A stretch of DNA of 64,000 bases from an uncultured delta proteobacterium (lineage in GTDB: Bacteria; Desulfobacterota; Binatia; UBA9968), in the NCBI GenBank assembly GCA_963745835.1, contig CAVUZH010000014.1, positions 1 to 64,000 on the forward strand. Direction: 5' to 3'. Positions within the stretch are counted from its first letter, which is position 1, and each line of letters opens with the position of its first letter. The notes beneath the pieces are model-generated. The model was given only the letters and a program-made list of their open reading frames with translations, ran no database searches and was not told the origin of the DNA. Shown here in pieces: positions 9,581-17,718 of the stretch. Position numbers and translations under genes: made by a program.

Positions 9581-9664
9581 GAAACATTCATTCCTGCATA
9601 CACTGTCCATCCGGCAGTGTATGAGGATATCAGCCCGCAGTGTATTGGGATAACGAATGGCCGA

Positions 9665-9780
9665 TCAAAGCCGATCCGCAGGGCTGTTAACGCCGCGACC
9701 GCCACGATTCAGAACGTGCGTGTAGATCATTGTCGTGCTCACGTCTTTGTGGCCCAACAGTTCCTGAACTGTGCGGATTT
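9665..9780 (-). pseudogene. intI: integron integrase C-terminal fragment
   Basis: [37 protein letters not shown] is the IntI C-terminus; the upstream sequence lacks HxLRHSFATH and the rest of the gene. Confidence 0.85.
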
Positions 9781-9873
9781 CAATACCGTCGGGTCGGCTA
9801 GCAAGCAGGTTGCGTTCGATCTTCCACTGAAGGACAGAATCAGTGAGGCGAACGCAAGAGCGGAAACCTAGCT

Positions 9874-11068
9874 TCAACGACGGACTGGCCATGGTCTTGC
9901 TGATAGCAGGGTATCGTCATTAAGTTTGTTCGCTACCCTCATCGTTAGCACGTTCGGGTAAATTCGCTTCTCTTTAAATGCAAGCTCATCTATCATCGCC
10001 CTGTAGTCCTTCCTCGGGTACTGCATGAAGAACTCCGGCATCACGCACTCGTAAATGTCCGGTCGCTTTCGAGGCACCCTATTAACCGCCTCGATGATCG
10101 CCGACTTTACGGCTTCGCGGTTAGCAGGTTGATATCGTTGCGGAGTAAAATCGAATAGCAAATTGTCTTTGAATTGCTGCAAATATGGGTTCAACGCGTT
10201 TAGCGCAACGTCATTCATGTAAACAATAGCGCGAGTGCTACGTGTACCGAAGATTAGGTGATATCGGGCTAACTCATCATCTGGAATACCTTGCTCGTCT
10301 TCCTTCCGCTCCTTGACTGGAATCGCATACGCGTATGTAAAGAACTGCCGCAGGCGGGTCAGATATGCGTTAACGACTGCGTCTTCACGCTTGATTTTAC
10401 TTAGCCTGTCATTAGTAATGATGTCTCGCCAGTAGTCGCCTCCCATAACTTTGTTTACTGTCTCTGTTTTTGATTCTTTAACTTTGCGCGCAACTTCGCT
10501 CGCCGGATCGCCGTACTTCCAATTGCCGCTCATGCGCATAAAAGTCCGAAAGCTGAAGTTGATCAAATACCTCAGTACTCCGCCGGCGCTCGCGTTCATA
10601 AATAGATCGCAACATTTCAAACTCAAGATCCTTGATTCCGTAAGGATCAAGATAAAAGAAAACCGTTGACCCGGCACCGACATCCAGTGCGCGTGTAACC
10701 GCGTCTGCGCACTCCTCATAGGGAGCTTCGGTCAGACCTGCTCGGATGTAACGACTCAGATTCTGCTTCATGGCTTCTCGATGACCAGGATGTGCATCTG
10801 CGAAAAGACAGCTAATGCTTTGCGCCCGCCTCCACGATTTCATGATCGCCTCGCAGATGATCACTGGAGAACCAGCTGTGTCATCACCGAAACGTCCTGG
10901 GCCAGCAAAACCGTCGACAATTAGAATCGGACGCTGGAGGCTGTGTACAGTCTTGAGATAGCAATCAATGTAATCGTTAACAATTTTGTCTTTGACCTTG
11001 GACCAGGAGCGTTTAATGCGAAAGAACTCGTTCACATCGGTTGCGCCAGTGCCATAGGTGTAGTTCAT
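9874..11068 (-). CDS. tcmP: three-Cys-motif partner protein TcmP (SAM-methyltransferase-like; frameshift near 10570)
   Basis: [38 protein letters not shown] motifs; adjacent to DUF5131. Confidence 0.85.
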
Positions 11069-11112
11069 TTACGTATTCCCAGCGCAGAGGGCAGAATGCC
11101 GGAAATTTGAAA

Positions 11113-11985
11113 TTACCGAGAAGTAAATAATACGCTCGCAGGGCGGGGAAATTCATCCCAAGTACGTCCCTGCAAACGACGTCCCGCGGCCTTCTTACCC
11201 ATATTCGCGATTGTGACGGGGTCGCCACTGGCCAGAGAAACCATTCTGGTTACATAGCCCTTCGCGTTGTTTTGCGGGAGTGGTCTCCAATTGCCCCACT
11301 GCTTAAAGTGGAACTTGATGCCGGCGGCGATACACTGGTCTCGCAAGGTTGTGAGCCATTCAGGATGCATCGGACGCGCGTGATAGCCACTTTCGCCGCC
11401 ACCGATGATCCAGTCAATACATCGGTATTGGCCGCGCTTGGCACCGTCGATCCATTGCGAAAGGTCCAAGAATCCAAGCAAGGGCTCACAAGAGAGGAAT
11501 AGGACTCGCGCATTGAGAGAAATCAGATGCGGCATCCGCCTGTCAAGCCAACGTTGATTCTCAGCCGTGGCTCCGAGCCAAACATTCTCAGGCCAATGGT
11601 GCGCCCAAGGTGCGAGGCGTTTGACATTCTGTGGTCGCTTGGTCAGAAGCAGCCAATCTAGATTCGGGGTTTCGTCGATAAGACGCCACAGCCTCGCACG
11701 GCGCTCGTCGAGATCGCGGCGATCCTCGAACACATCGGCCATAGACGCGCAAAAAACCCGCGCCCGGGCGCCTCTGCGCGCCGCCTCTTCGTTCCAGGCG
11801 AATGGCTCTCTCCAGTATGAGCTCGAGAGTTCCCGGCGCGGCGCTCCCTTGCCCCAGACATTTTGTCCTAAGCGCTTTGCCCAGGTTTCTGCATAGCAAT
11901 GCGTACACCCCGGTGAAATTTTGGTGCAACCCCACCACGGGTTAAACGTATGGTGTGTCCACTCAATGTGAGAATCCTTAGACAT
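11113..11985 (-). CDS. DUF5131 / phage Gp37-Gp68 family radical-SAM-like protein
   Basis: IEWTHHTFNPWWGCTKISPGCTHCYA (Cx6Cx2C), LLTKRP, SCEPLL, GGESG, FKQWG. Confidence 0.92.
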   Translation of the reverse strand: MSKDSHIEWTHHTFNPWWGCTKISPGCTHCYAETWAKRLGQNVWGKGAPRRELSSSYWREPFAWNEEAARRGARARVFCASMADVFEDRRDLDERRARLWRLIDETPNLDWLLLTKRPQNVKRLAPWAHHWPENVWLGATAENQRWLDRRMPHLISLNARVLFLSCEPLLGFLDLSQWIDGAKRGQYRCIDWIIGGGESGYHARPMHPEWLTTLRDQCIAAGIKFHFKQWGNWRPLPQNNAKGYVTRMVSLASGDPVTIANMGKKAAGRRLQGRTWDEFPRPASVLFTSR

Positions 11986-12058
11986 GACTAACTCCCTCCA
12001 AATCCTCAGTCTCACCGTATACAAAAAAATGGCAAAGATCGGGCCACTACCATCTAGC

Positions 12059-12358
12059 CTACTTCGCTACCGCCAAACAACAACGACCAACACGAGGTCT
12101 ATACCGGTCACTCTCGATGGCCGAATCGTACCGCGCCTGCAGGTCCAGCCAGTAGCGTTCGGACATGCCGAAGTAATGCGCCAAACGGTGCGCAATATCG
12201 GCGTTGATCGAACGTTGCCCCTGGACGATTTCATAGATTCGTCTCGGTCGAAAGGTCGATATCTCTGGCGAGGCGAAAGACGCTGATACCGCGGGGGCAA
12301 GAAACTCTTCTAGTATTATCCGTCCTGGATGTAGCATTGAGAGTTTGTTGCTGTGCAT
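12059..12358 (-). CDS. higA: HigA-family antitoxin (HTH), with apparent compensating internal frameshifts
   Basis: HPGRIILEEFL...RRIYEIVQGQRSINADIAHRLAHYFG...WLDLQARYD; own AAGGAG RBS. Confidence 0.8.
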   Translation of the reverse strand: MHSNKLSMLHPGRIILEEFLAPAVSASFASPEISTFRPRRIYEIVQGQRSINADIAHRLAHYFGMSERYWLDLQARYDSAIESDRYRPRVGRCCLAVAK

Positions 12359-12385
12359 TGATGGTCTCCTTATATCTTTACTGAG

Positions 12386-12421
12386 GTTCAAAACGTTCAA
12401 ATCGTTCAAGCTGTTCAAGCC
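12386..12421 (+). repeat. 9-bp tandem repeat array A1 (GTTCAAnnn x4)
   Basis: GTTCAA at 12386, 12395, 12404, 12413. Confidence 0.9.
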
Positions 12422-12470
12422 GTCTCGGAAGAGACTCGAAGAGATCGGACTTTTCGGACGATTTGTTGCT

Positions 12471-12854
12471 GTATATTTTGATCCTTTCATTCCGCTTCGC
12501 TTTAGATAATCAATGAGGTTGCTAATCATGATCGACAGACGTCGCAAAGACTTGCTCGCAGTCGTCGTCAATTTTTCGGCGCCACATAGGATTGATCAGG
12601 GCTACATAAAGTTGAGAGCGGACTTCCCCGCATGATGCTTTAGCCACATACAAGAACTGAATGAATTCTTGATTGCCGCCGCGTTCAAATCCTTCGGCGA
12701 TGTTTGACATAATCGAGACCGCAGCACGCCGCATTTGATCTCGTAAAGCGAAATCTTTCGAGAATGTCGAATCTCTCGTCAGTTGATAAATTCCTCGGGT
12801 TAGTAGCCGGGCATCTTTCCAGATCTCCAAATCTTCAAAGTTTTTCACTTGCAT
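12471..12854 (-). CDS. four helix bundle protein (23S rRNA IVP / Avd-like), frameshift near 12590; 3' end approximate
   Basis: FEDLEIWKDAR...DFALRDQMRRAAVSIMSNIAEGFERGGNQEFIQFLYVAKASCGEVRSQLY; C-terminus MISNLIDYLKRS in the next frame. Confidence 0.9.
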
Positions 12855-12872
12855 GGATTCTCCCTCCTAAAC

Positions 12873-12907
12873 GATTTGAACGTTTTGAACTGTTGAACGA
12901 TTTGAAC
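12873..12907 (-). repeat. 9-bp tandem repeat array A2 (nnnTTGAAC x4), inverted relative to A1
   Basis: TTGAAC at 12876, 12885, 12893, 12902. Confidence 0.9.
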
Positions 12908-12912
12908 GGCTG

Positions 12913-14457
12913 TTATTCGATCGTTCCCTGTAAAAACCATCTTCTTCTGACCCGATCATAGTAGAGCCATAGGAGATCGCCGCGGCGGGTTTCGGCGAAG
13001 TAGTAGTCGCGTTGAATTTCGCGATTCCACCATCCGCCGGAATACACATAGGGGCCGGTCAGTTTGTCGATGCTGCCGTGCTTGGGGCCTAAGAGCAGCC
13101 AGCCGTCCTCGTGCCTGTTAAAGGGTCCGCCGGCGAGCATGATCGGTTTTTCGGTAATGCGGCGCACCAACATATTGGGAGCGGGCAGGTTCAATTCGTT
13201 CAAATTGTTCAATCGCTTCGCTTCGTTCAAAACGTTTTTGGATAATTTAACTTGGTCGAGCGGTTCCCAAATAAATCGCGCTTCGGGAAGATGTCCGTCT
13301 TTTAGTTTCGCCTGGACGACTGCCTCGGCGCCGAATTCAGCGCGCAAGCGCGCCAGCGCGCGATTGGCCGAATCGAAGTCGCGCTTCGGTTGCTCGCTGA
13401 ACAGACGGAGTTGCTCGACGGTGGCGGCGCAGGCCTCGGCTTTTAATTCGATTTCAATAACGCCGGCAGGAAATTTTAACGACTCCAAGCGCAGGCGCAC
13501 CAGATCGAGTATCTGAGCCGCTTCGAGAGTGGGCACGGCGGGGCGAATTTGCTCTTTGAGCCATTCGCTCTTATCGATCAGAAAACCAAGCCATAGCGCG
13601 CTGAGCGCCTGGGTGCGCACGGCAAGCGTCGCCAGGATTGGGTGAAGCAGTTGTTTGATGAGGAAGAGCAGCCGGGTAACGTCGCTTTCAGGATCGTCGA
13701 GCAGATACCGTTGCGCAACGGTTTCTTCCGGCGCGCATGGCTCGAGCGGAGTCCAGAGATCGCCGGCGGCCATCCGGTAGAGACGATGAGCCTGAGCACC
13801 GAAACGTTCGCGCAACCCTGCCGATGGAAGCGAAAGCAAACCGCCTACCGTTTTGATGCCGAGCTTTAAAAGCGTATCGCGAAACTTAGCTTCGATGTCC
13901 AGACGATCCAGCGGCACTTTGCGCGCCGCACTGCGCTCGTCGGCGGGATCATCGAAAATCGTTATCCCCTGTTTTTCTTTAGCGACCGCATAACTGCCGA
14001 AACGACTAAAGCCGACAACCAGGCTAGCCTGTAATCCTTGCGTTTTAATGTCTTGATAAATAGCGCCGCCCCATTCTCGGGGTGACGCATAAAGGCGATG
14101 CAGACCTTTGCCGTTTAACCAGAATACTCCCGGCTCCGCCGCCGAGGGCTCGACTTCGGGCGTGAAGCGCATCAACCGTTGGGTCAAGGCATCGATCGCT
14201 TTGTGGATTTCATCCGGCCGAACCTCCCCGGCGCGCAGCCCACGCGCTAAAGAAAAAGCCGCGGCATAGCGCAACCCGGGAAGCACGCCGCAGCGCCGGG
14301 CTCTCTCATTGATCTGCAAAATCAGTCCTTGCGGTTTGTCCTCGGCCACCACCGCCGCCGGATAAGCGCGCCACTCGGGATGGCGCTTGAGCAGCAGCTG
14401 CAGCGCAAACGCCGGCAGATCAACACAGGCCAGCCGGTCCGAAGCGGAGCTCTTCAT
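12913..14457 (-). CDS. imuB: ImuB, Y-family polymerase-like mutagenesis protein
   Basis: ACVDLPAFALQ start, FTPEVE, LGIKTVG, C-terminal GGWW...RDYY...WLYYD...WFLQG. Confidence 0.88.
   Translation of the reverse strand: MKSSASDRLACVDLPAFALQLLLKRHPEWRAYPAAVVAEDKPQGLILQINERARRCGVLPGLRYAAAFSLARGLRAGEVRPDEIHKAIDALTQRLMRFTPEVEPSAAEPGVFWLNGKGLHRLYASPREWGGAIYQDIKTQGLQASLVVGFSRFGSYAVAKEKQGITIFDDPADERSAARKVPLDRLDIEAKFRDTLLKLGIKTVGGLLSLPSAGLRERFGAQAHRLYRMAAGDLWTPLEPCAPEETVAQRYLLDDPESDVTRLLFLIKQLLHPILATLAVRTQALSALWLGFLIDKSEWLKEQIRPAVPTLEAAQILDLVRLRLESLKFPAGVIEIELKAEACAATVEQLRLFSEQPKRDFDSANRALARLRAEFGAEAVVQAKLKDGHLPEARFIWEPLDQVKLSKNVLNEAKRLNNLNELNLPAPNMLVRRITEKPIMLAGGPFNRHEDGWLLLGPKHGSIDKLTGPYVYSGGWWNREIQRDYYFAETRRGDLLWLYYDRVRRRWFLQGTIE
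13189..13233 (+). repeat. 9-bp repeat array A3 inside imuB
   Basis: GTTCAA at 13189, 13198, 13207, 13225; encodes VLNEAKRLNNLNELNL. Confidence 0.8.
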
Positions 14458-15007
14458 GGTTCCAAGTCGGTCCACGACGTTTGTCCTTGAGAACATTGAG
14501 CATGCAGGCAAAACGATTTTCCGAAGCACGTTTCTTTTCGGCGTGAAGGCGCAGCGACACCAGCGATCCCAGAGAAAACGCCTTGCGTTGTTTTTCGGTG
14601 AGACAAACCAATGCTGTCTGGTGATGATGGGCGAGTCCGGTCAGTCGGCTCTGCAGCGGCATGGGAATATCGGCCGTGCCGAGGTCGAATACCAGCAAGC
14701 CAAAGCCGCCGGAGCGCAACAGCTTCTCGCCGGCGCGCGCAATTTTTTCCGCAGCCGGTATGCGGATCACCACCAGCGCGGCCAAATCGGTACCGCTTTG
14801 AGCCGCGTCGGGAGGATAAAAGCAACTGGCCATCGAAGTAACCCAGCCCACCGGCTCGCCGCGCTGCTGCGCTTCCCGCACCAAGCCAAACGTCATAGTC
14901 AACGCCGCCGAAGAAACCGAAGCGGAGATTTCAACCAATCGTCCGGCAACCTCGGTGAGCGTCCAACGATTTAACGCTGGTTGCAGATTTTTAGCGGGGG
15001 ACAACAT
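14420..15007 (-). CDS. imuA: ImuA (RecA-like)
   Basis: GRLVEIS, FYPPDAAQSG, LLRSGGFGLLVFD, SLGSLVSLR; lies between lexA and imuB. Confidence 0.8.
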   Translation of the reverse strand: MLSPAKNLQPALNRWTLTEVAGRLVEISASVSSAALTMTFGLVREAQQRGEPVGWVTSMASCFYPPDAAQSGTDLAALVVIRIPAAEKIARAGEKLLRSGGFGLLVFDLGTADIPMPLQSRLTGLAHHHQTALVCLTEKQRKAFSLGSLVSLRLHAEKKRASENRFACMLNVLKDKRRGPTWNHEELRFGPAGLC

Positions 15008-15024
15008 TAAAATAATTAAGATCC

Positions 15025-15198
15025 CTTCCAGCGGTTCCAAAAGTTCCAATGTTCCAGAATAGGAAGAGTTCCAAATGTTCCAATCGTTCCAGTTGTTAAA
15101 ATCTTTAGCCGCCCAGAAAGGCTTTTCATATCTGCATTCGTCGGTTAGTTATCGTTTTTAACAGTTGAAACATTTGGAACTGCTGGAACAATTGGAAC
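15025..15198. repeat. inverted pair of 9-bp arrays (GTTCCAnnn ... nnnTGGAAC), ORF-less element B
   Basis: GTTCCA at 15034, 15043, 15051, 15068, 15077, 15086; TGGAAC at 15175, 15184, 15193, plus degenerate units. Confidence 0.88.
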
Positions 15199-15213
15199 GG
15201 GTTCTTCATCGAA

Positions 15214-15822
15214 TTAGAATTTCCTAAGTAATCCGACCACCCGCCCGGCGATCCGGAATTCTCCTTCCGAAACGGTGATCGGCGCATATTTTTCGTTTTC
15301 TGCCTTAAGCGTGATCACGCCGTCTTCTTGATAAAACCGCTTCAACGTTGCTTCGCCATCGATGATGGCGCAGACGATTTCGCCGTTTTCGGCTGTTCCC
15401 TGCTGCTTTACGATTACCCGGTCGCCGTCGAGAATACCGGCATCGATCATGCTATCGCCCTTAACCTGAAGCGCGAAAAGTTTTCCGGCTCCCATGTCCA
15501 TCGGTATGGTTAAAAGTCCTTCCGAGTTTTCTTCGCTGAAAAATGGTTTTCCTGCCGGAACCCGGCCGAGAACCTGGATCTCGCGAGTGGCGGTTAGAAC
15601 GGGTTTGCCTAAAGCCGACAAAACCTCGATGGCCCGTTTACCGATCCGACGAATGTAGCCTTTTCTTTCAAGAGCTTTGAGATGATCTGAAACCCCATTA
15701 GTTGAAGCGATCTTGAAGCGGCTGCCGATCTCCTGGATCGAAGGAGCATAGCCCTTCTCCCGAATCGTCTTGAGCACGAATTCGTAGATCGTTTTTTGCC
15801 GGGGTGTCAGCGCAGGCAGCAT
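15214..15822 (-). CDS. lexA: LexA repressor
   Basis: wHTH LTPRQ...PSIQEIG; VPAG cleavage site; VKGDSM; ATLKRF. Confidence 0.95.
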   Translation of the reverse strand: MLPALTPRQKTIYEFVLKTIREKGYAPSIQEIGSRFKIASTNGVSDHLKALERKGYIRRIGKRAIEVLSALGKPVLTATREIQVLGRVPAGKPFFSEENSEGLLTIPMDMGAGKLFALQVKGDSMIDAGILDGDRVIVKQQGTAENGEIVCAIIDGEATLKRFYQEDGVITLKAENEKYAPITVSEGEFRIAGRVVGLLRKF

Positions 15823-15828
15823 GAATCA

Positions 15829-15857
15829 GATATACTGAATATATTTTCAGTAGTCAA
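15829..15857 (-). promoter_or_regulatory. lexA promoter with SOS box TACTG-N10-CAGTA (15833-15852)
   Basis: Palindromic TACTGAATATATTTTCAGTA between TTGACT and TATATC (17-bp spacer), 6 nt before the ATG. Confidence 0.8.
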
Positions 15858-15877
15858 TAGAAAGCGGCAAGGGCCGC

Positions 15878-16072
15878 GTTCCAATCGTTCCAGTCGTTTC
15901 AATCGTGCGCTCGGAGATCGGAAGGCGTGCGTAGACTCGCAGTTAAACCTTCTCCGCTTTGGAGCTACACGAGATTAGCCAAAACTTCGAACGTTGAGGC
16001 TCAAGTACTCAATACCACTGACTAAAAGGTTCGAACATTTGGAACGATTGGAACTACTGGAACGGCTGGAAC
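15878..16072. repeat. inverted pair of 9-bp arrays, ORF-less element C
   Basis: GTTCCA at 15878 and 15887, GTTTCA at 15896; TCGAAC at 16031, TGGAAC at 16040, 16049, 16058, 16067. Confidence 0.85.
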
Positions 16073-16090
16073 AGGTTTAATGCTAACGCA

Positions 16091-17683
16091 TTAAACCTTT
16101 TTCCGCTGATGCGAGAGATAATCGACCAGGAGATATTCTCCGAGCCGGTCGGGGCGAGTGTAAAAGGCGCGGCCCCTGTTGATACGGGTGAGGTCGTCGA
16201 CGAAGCCGCGCAGTACGGGGCTGTCGTCCAACATGAAGGTATTGATGGTAATGCCTTTGCGGGTGATGCGCTCGGCCTCTTTCAAGGTCTCTTCCGCGGC
16301 GCGTTGACTGATGCCGCCAAAACTTAATGGCCATTCGCAATAAAGCCGCCCTTGACGGCAATAGGCGGTCGGTTGCCCGTCGGTGATGACGATCATCTGC
16401 TGATTGACGCTGGGCTTTCGTTCCAAGAGTTGCGACGCCAAATGCAATCCATCCTGAAGATTGGTAAACGGATCGCCCATATTCCAAGTCGCTTGCGGCA
16501 AGTCCTTGGCTTTCAATTCGACGGCGCGCGTAAAAAAACCGACAATGCCGAAGTAATCCCGCGGATGCATCGAACGCACGAGAGTTTCCATGGCCAGGGC
16601 GACTTTTTTTGCCGCGGCAAAACGCCCTTCCCAACTCATCGACCAGCTCATATCCAGAAGCAGTACCGTGGCGGCGCGGGTCGAGTGCTCGGACTCGTAT
16701 ACGGCAAAGTCTCCCGGATGAATCTTTACCGGAACACCGCCGCCGTGCAGCAAGGCATTTTTCAGAGTATGAATCATGTTGATATGGAGCGGGTCCCCCT
16801 GAACATAAGGGCGGCTATTTTCGGTCATCAACTCTTGGCTGCCACGATTGCGGGTAGCGTGCCGGCCCATGCCATCGCGGCGCAGCTGCTGATAAATATC
16901 GCGCAGCGCTAACTGCCCGACGCGCCGGATGCCGCGCGGAGTTAATTCAAAGCGATCTCCTTGCTCTAGAATATATCCGCCTTCTTCGAGCAGAGACTGC
17001 ATGCGCATTACGCCCTCGAAATCCTGCTTGGGTTCGCCGCCGAGAAGCTTCTCCAAAAGCTCCATGTCGACGTCCTTGAGCTGCATGCTCGATAGTTGCC
17101 CTTCGAGGCGGCGCAAGTCTTCCATACGTTCCATCAATTCCTGGGACTGCTGGAACTCCATCGGGGTCTGGCCGCGAAACAAACTTCCTTCGCGCCGTAA
17201 CCAATTTTCGAGTTTGCGGATCTGATCCAGCTGGGCGAGCAGTTGTTCGAATTGTTTCTCAGCATCTGGATTCTGGAAAGAATAGGAGGTTAACTTTTCC
17301 ACCGCTTCGCTGGTTTTGCTCGGCAGGTCGTTGAGGAACTGCTGATTGGCCTTAACGTCTTGTCCGGACTGATCGAGATCTTCGAGGGTCTGCTGCTCTT
17401 GCTCCAGCACCTGTTCTAATTGCTCCTGAACTTCGTCCATCGCGGACTGCAACCGATACTGGTCATAGAGCTTGCGCATTTCCTTGGCGACCTGAGACAG
17501 CAAATCATCGATGCCTTTGGTCTGTTTGTCTCCCTGCTTGATACCTTTCTGCATAAGCCGGCGCATCGCCTGCTGCAGGTCGCCGGTGTCGTTCATGTTG
17601 TCGTTAAGCTGATCGAACACGTCGTCCGAATCCAGGGAATCACGCTGGGTAATATCCCATCGGCTATAGCGGATGTGCACCAT
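16091..17683 (-). CDS. vWA domain-containing protein
   Basis: LLLDMSWSM MIDAS, TNLQDGL, VITDGQPT. Confidence 0.88.
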   Translation of the reverse strand: MVHIRYSRWDITQRDSLDSDDVFDQLNDNMNDTGDLQQAMRRLMQKGIKQGDKQTKGIDDLLSQVAKEMRKLYDQYRLQSAMDEVQEQLEQVLEQEQQTLEDLDQSGQDVKANQQFLNDLPSKTSEAVEKLTSYSFQNPDAEKQFEQLLAQLDQIRKLENWLRREGSLFRGQTPMEFQQSQELMERMEDLRRLEGQLSSMQLKDVDMELLEKLLGGEPKQDFEGVMRMQSLLEEGGYILEQGDRFELTPRGIRRVGQLALRDIYQQLRRDGMGRHATRNRGSQELMTENSRPYVQGDPLHINMIHTLKNALLHGGGVPVKIHPGDFAVYESEHSTRAATVLLLDMSWSMSWEGRFAAAKKVALAMETLVRSMHPRDYFGIVGFFTRAVELKAKDLPQATWNMGDPFTNLQDGLHLASQLLERKPSVNQQMIVITDGQPTAYCRQGRLYCEWPLSFGGISQRAAEETLKEAERITRKGITINTFMLDDSPVLRGFVDDLTRINRGRAFYTRPDRLGEYLLVDYLSHQRKKV

Positions 17684-17718
17684 GATGGATTGGCTGTTTT
17701 ACGGAGTGAGTCGGAAGA

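Noticed and set aside
8121-9617. CTG...CAG inverted repeats near attI as SOS boxes
   Set aside because: The spacers are 12 and 9 bp rather than 10, and are GC-rich.
9874-11992. DUF5131-tcmP as integron cassettes
   Set aside because: No attC palindrome flanks them; GACTAAC at 11986 is only the RBS-ATG spacer.
12471-12854. Diversity-generating retroelement (Avd-like gene)
   Set aside because: No reverse transcriptase and no TR/VR pair were seen in the window; the FGE-domain gene is an ordinary cassette.
12386-16072. 9-bp arrays as CRISPR arrays or as LexA boxes
   Set aside because: There are no 25-40-bp repeats with unique spacers and no cas genes. The spacing is GTTC-N5-GTTC, matching neither GTTC-N7-GTTC nor GAAC-N4-GTTC, and a separate canonical box exists at the lexA promoter.
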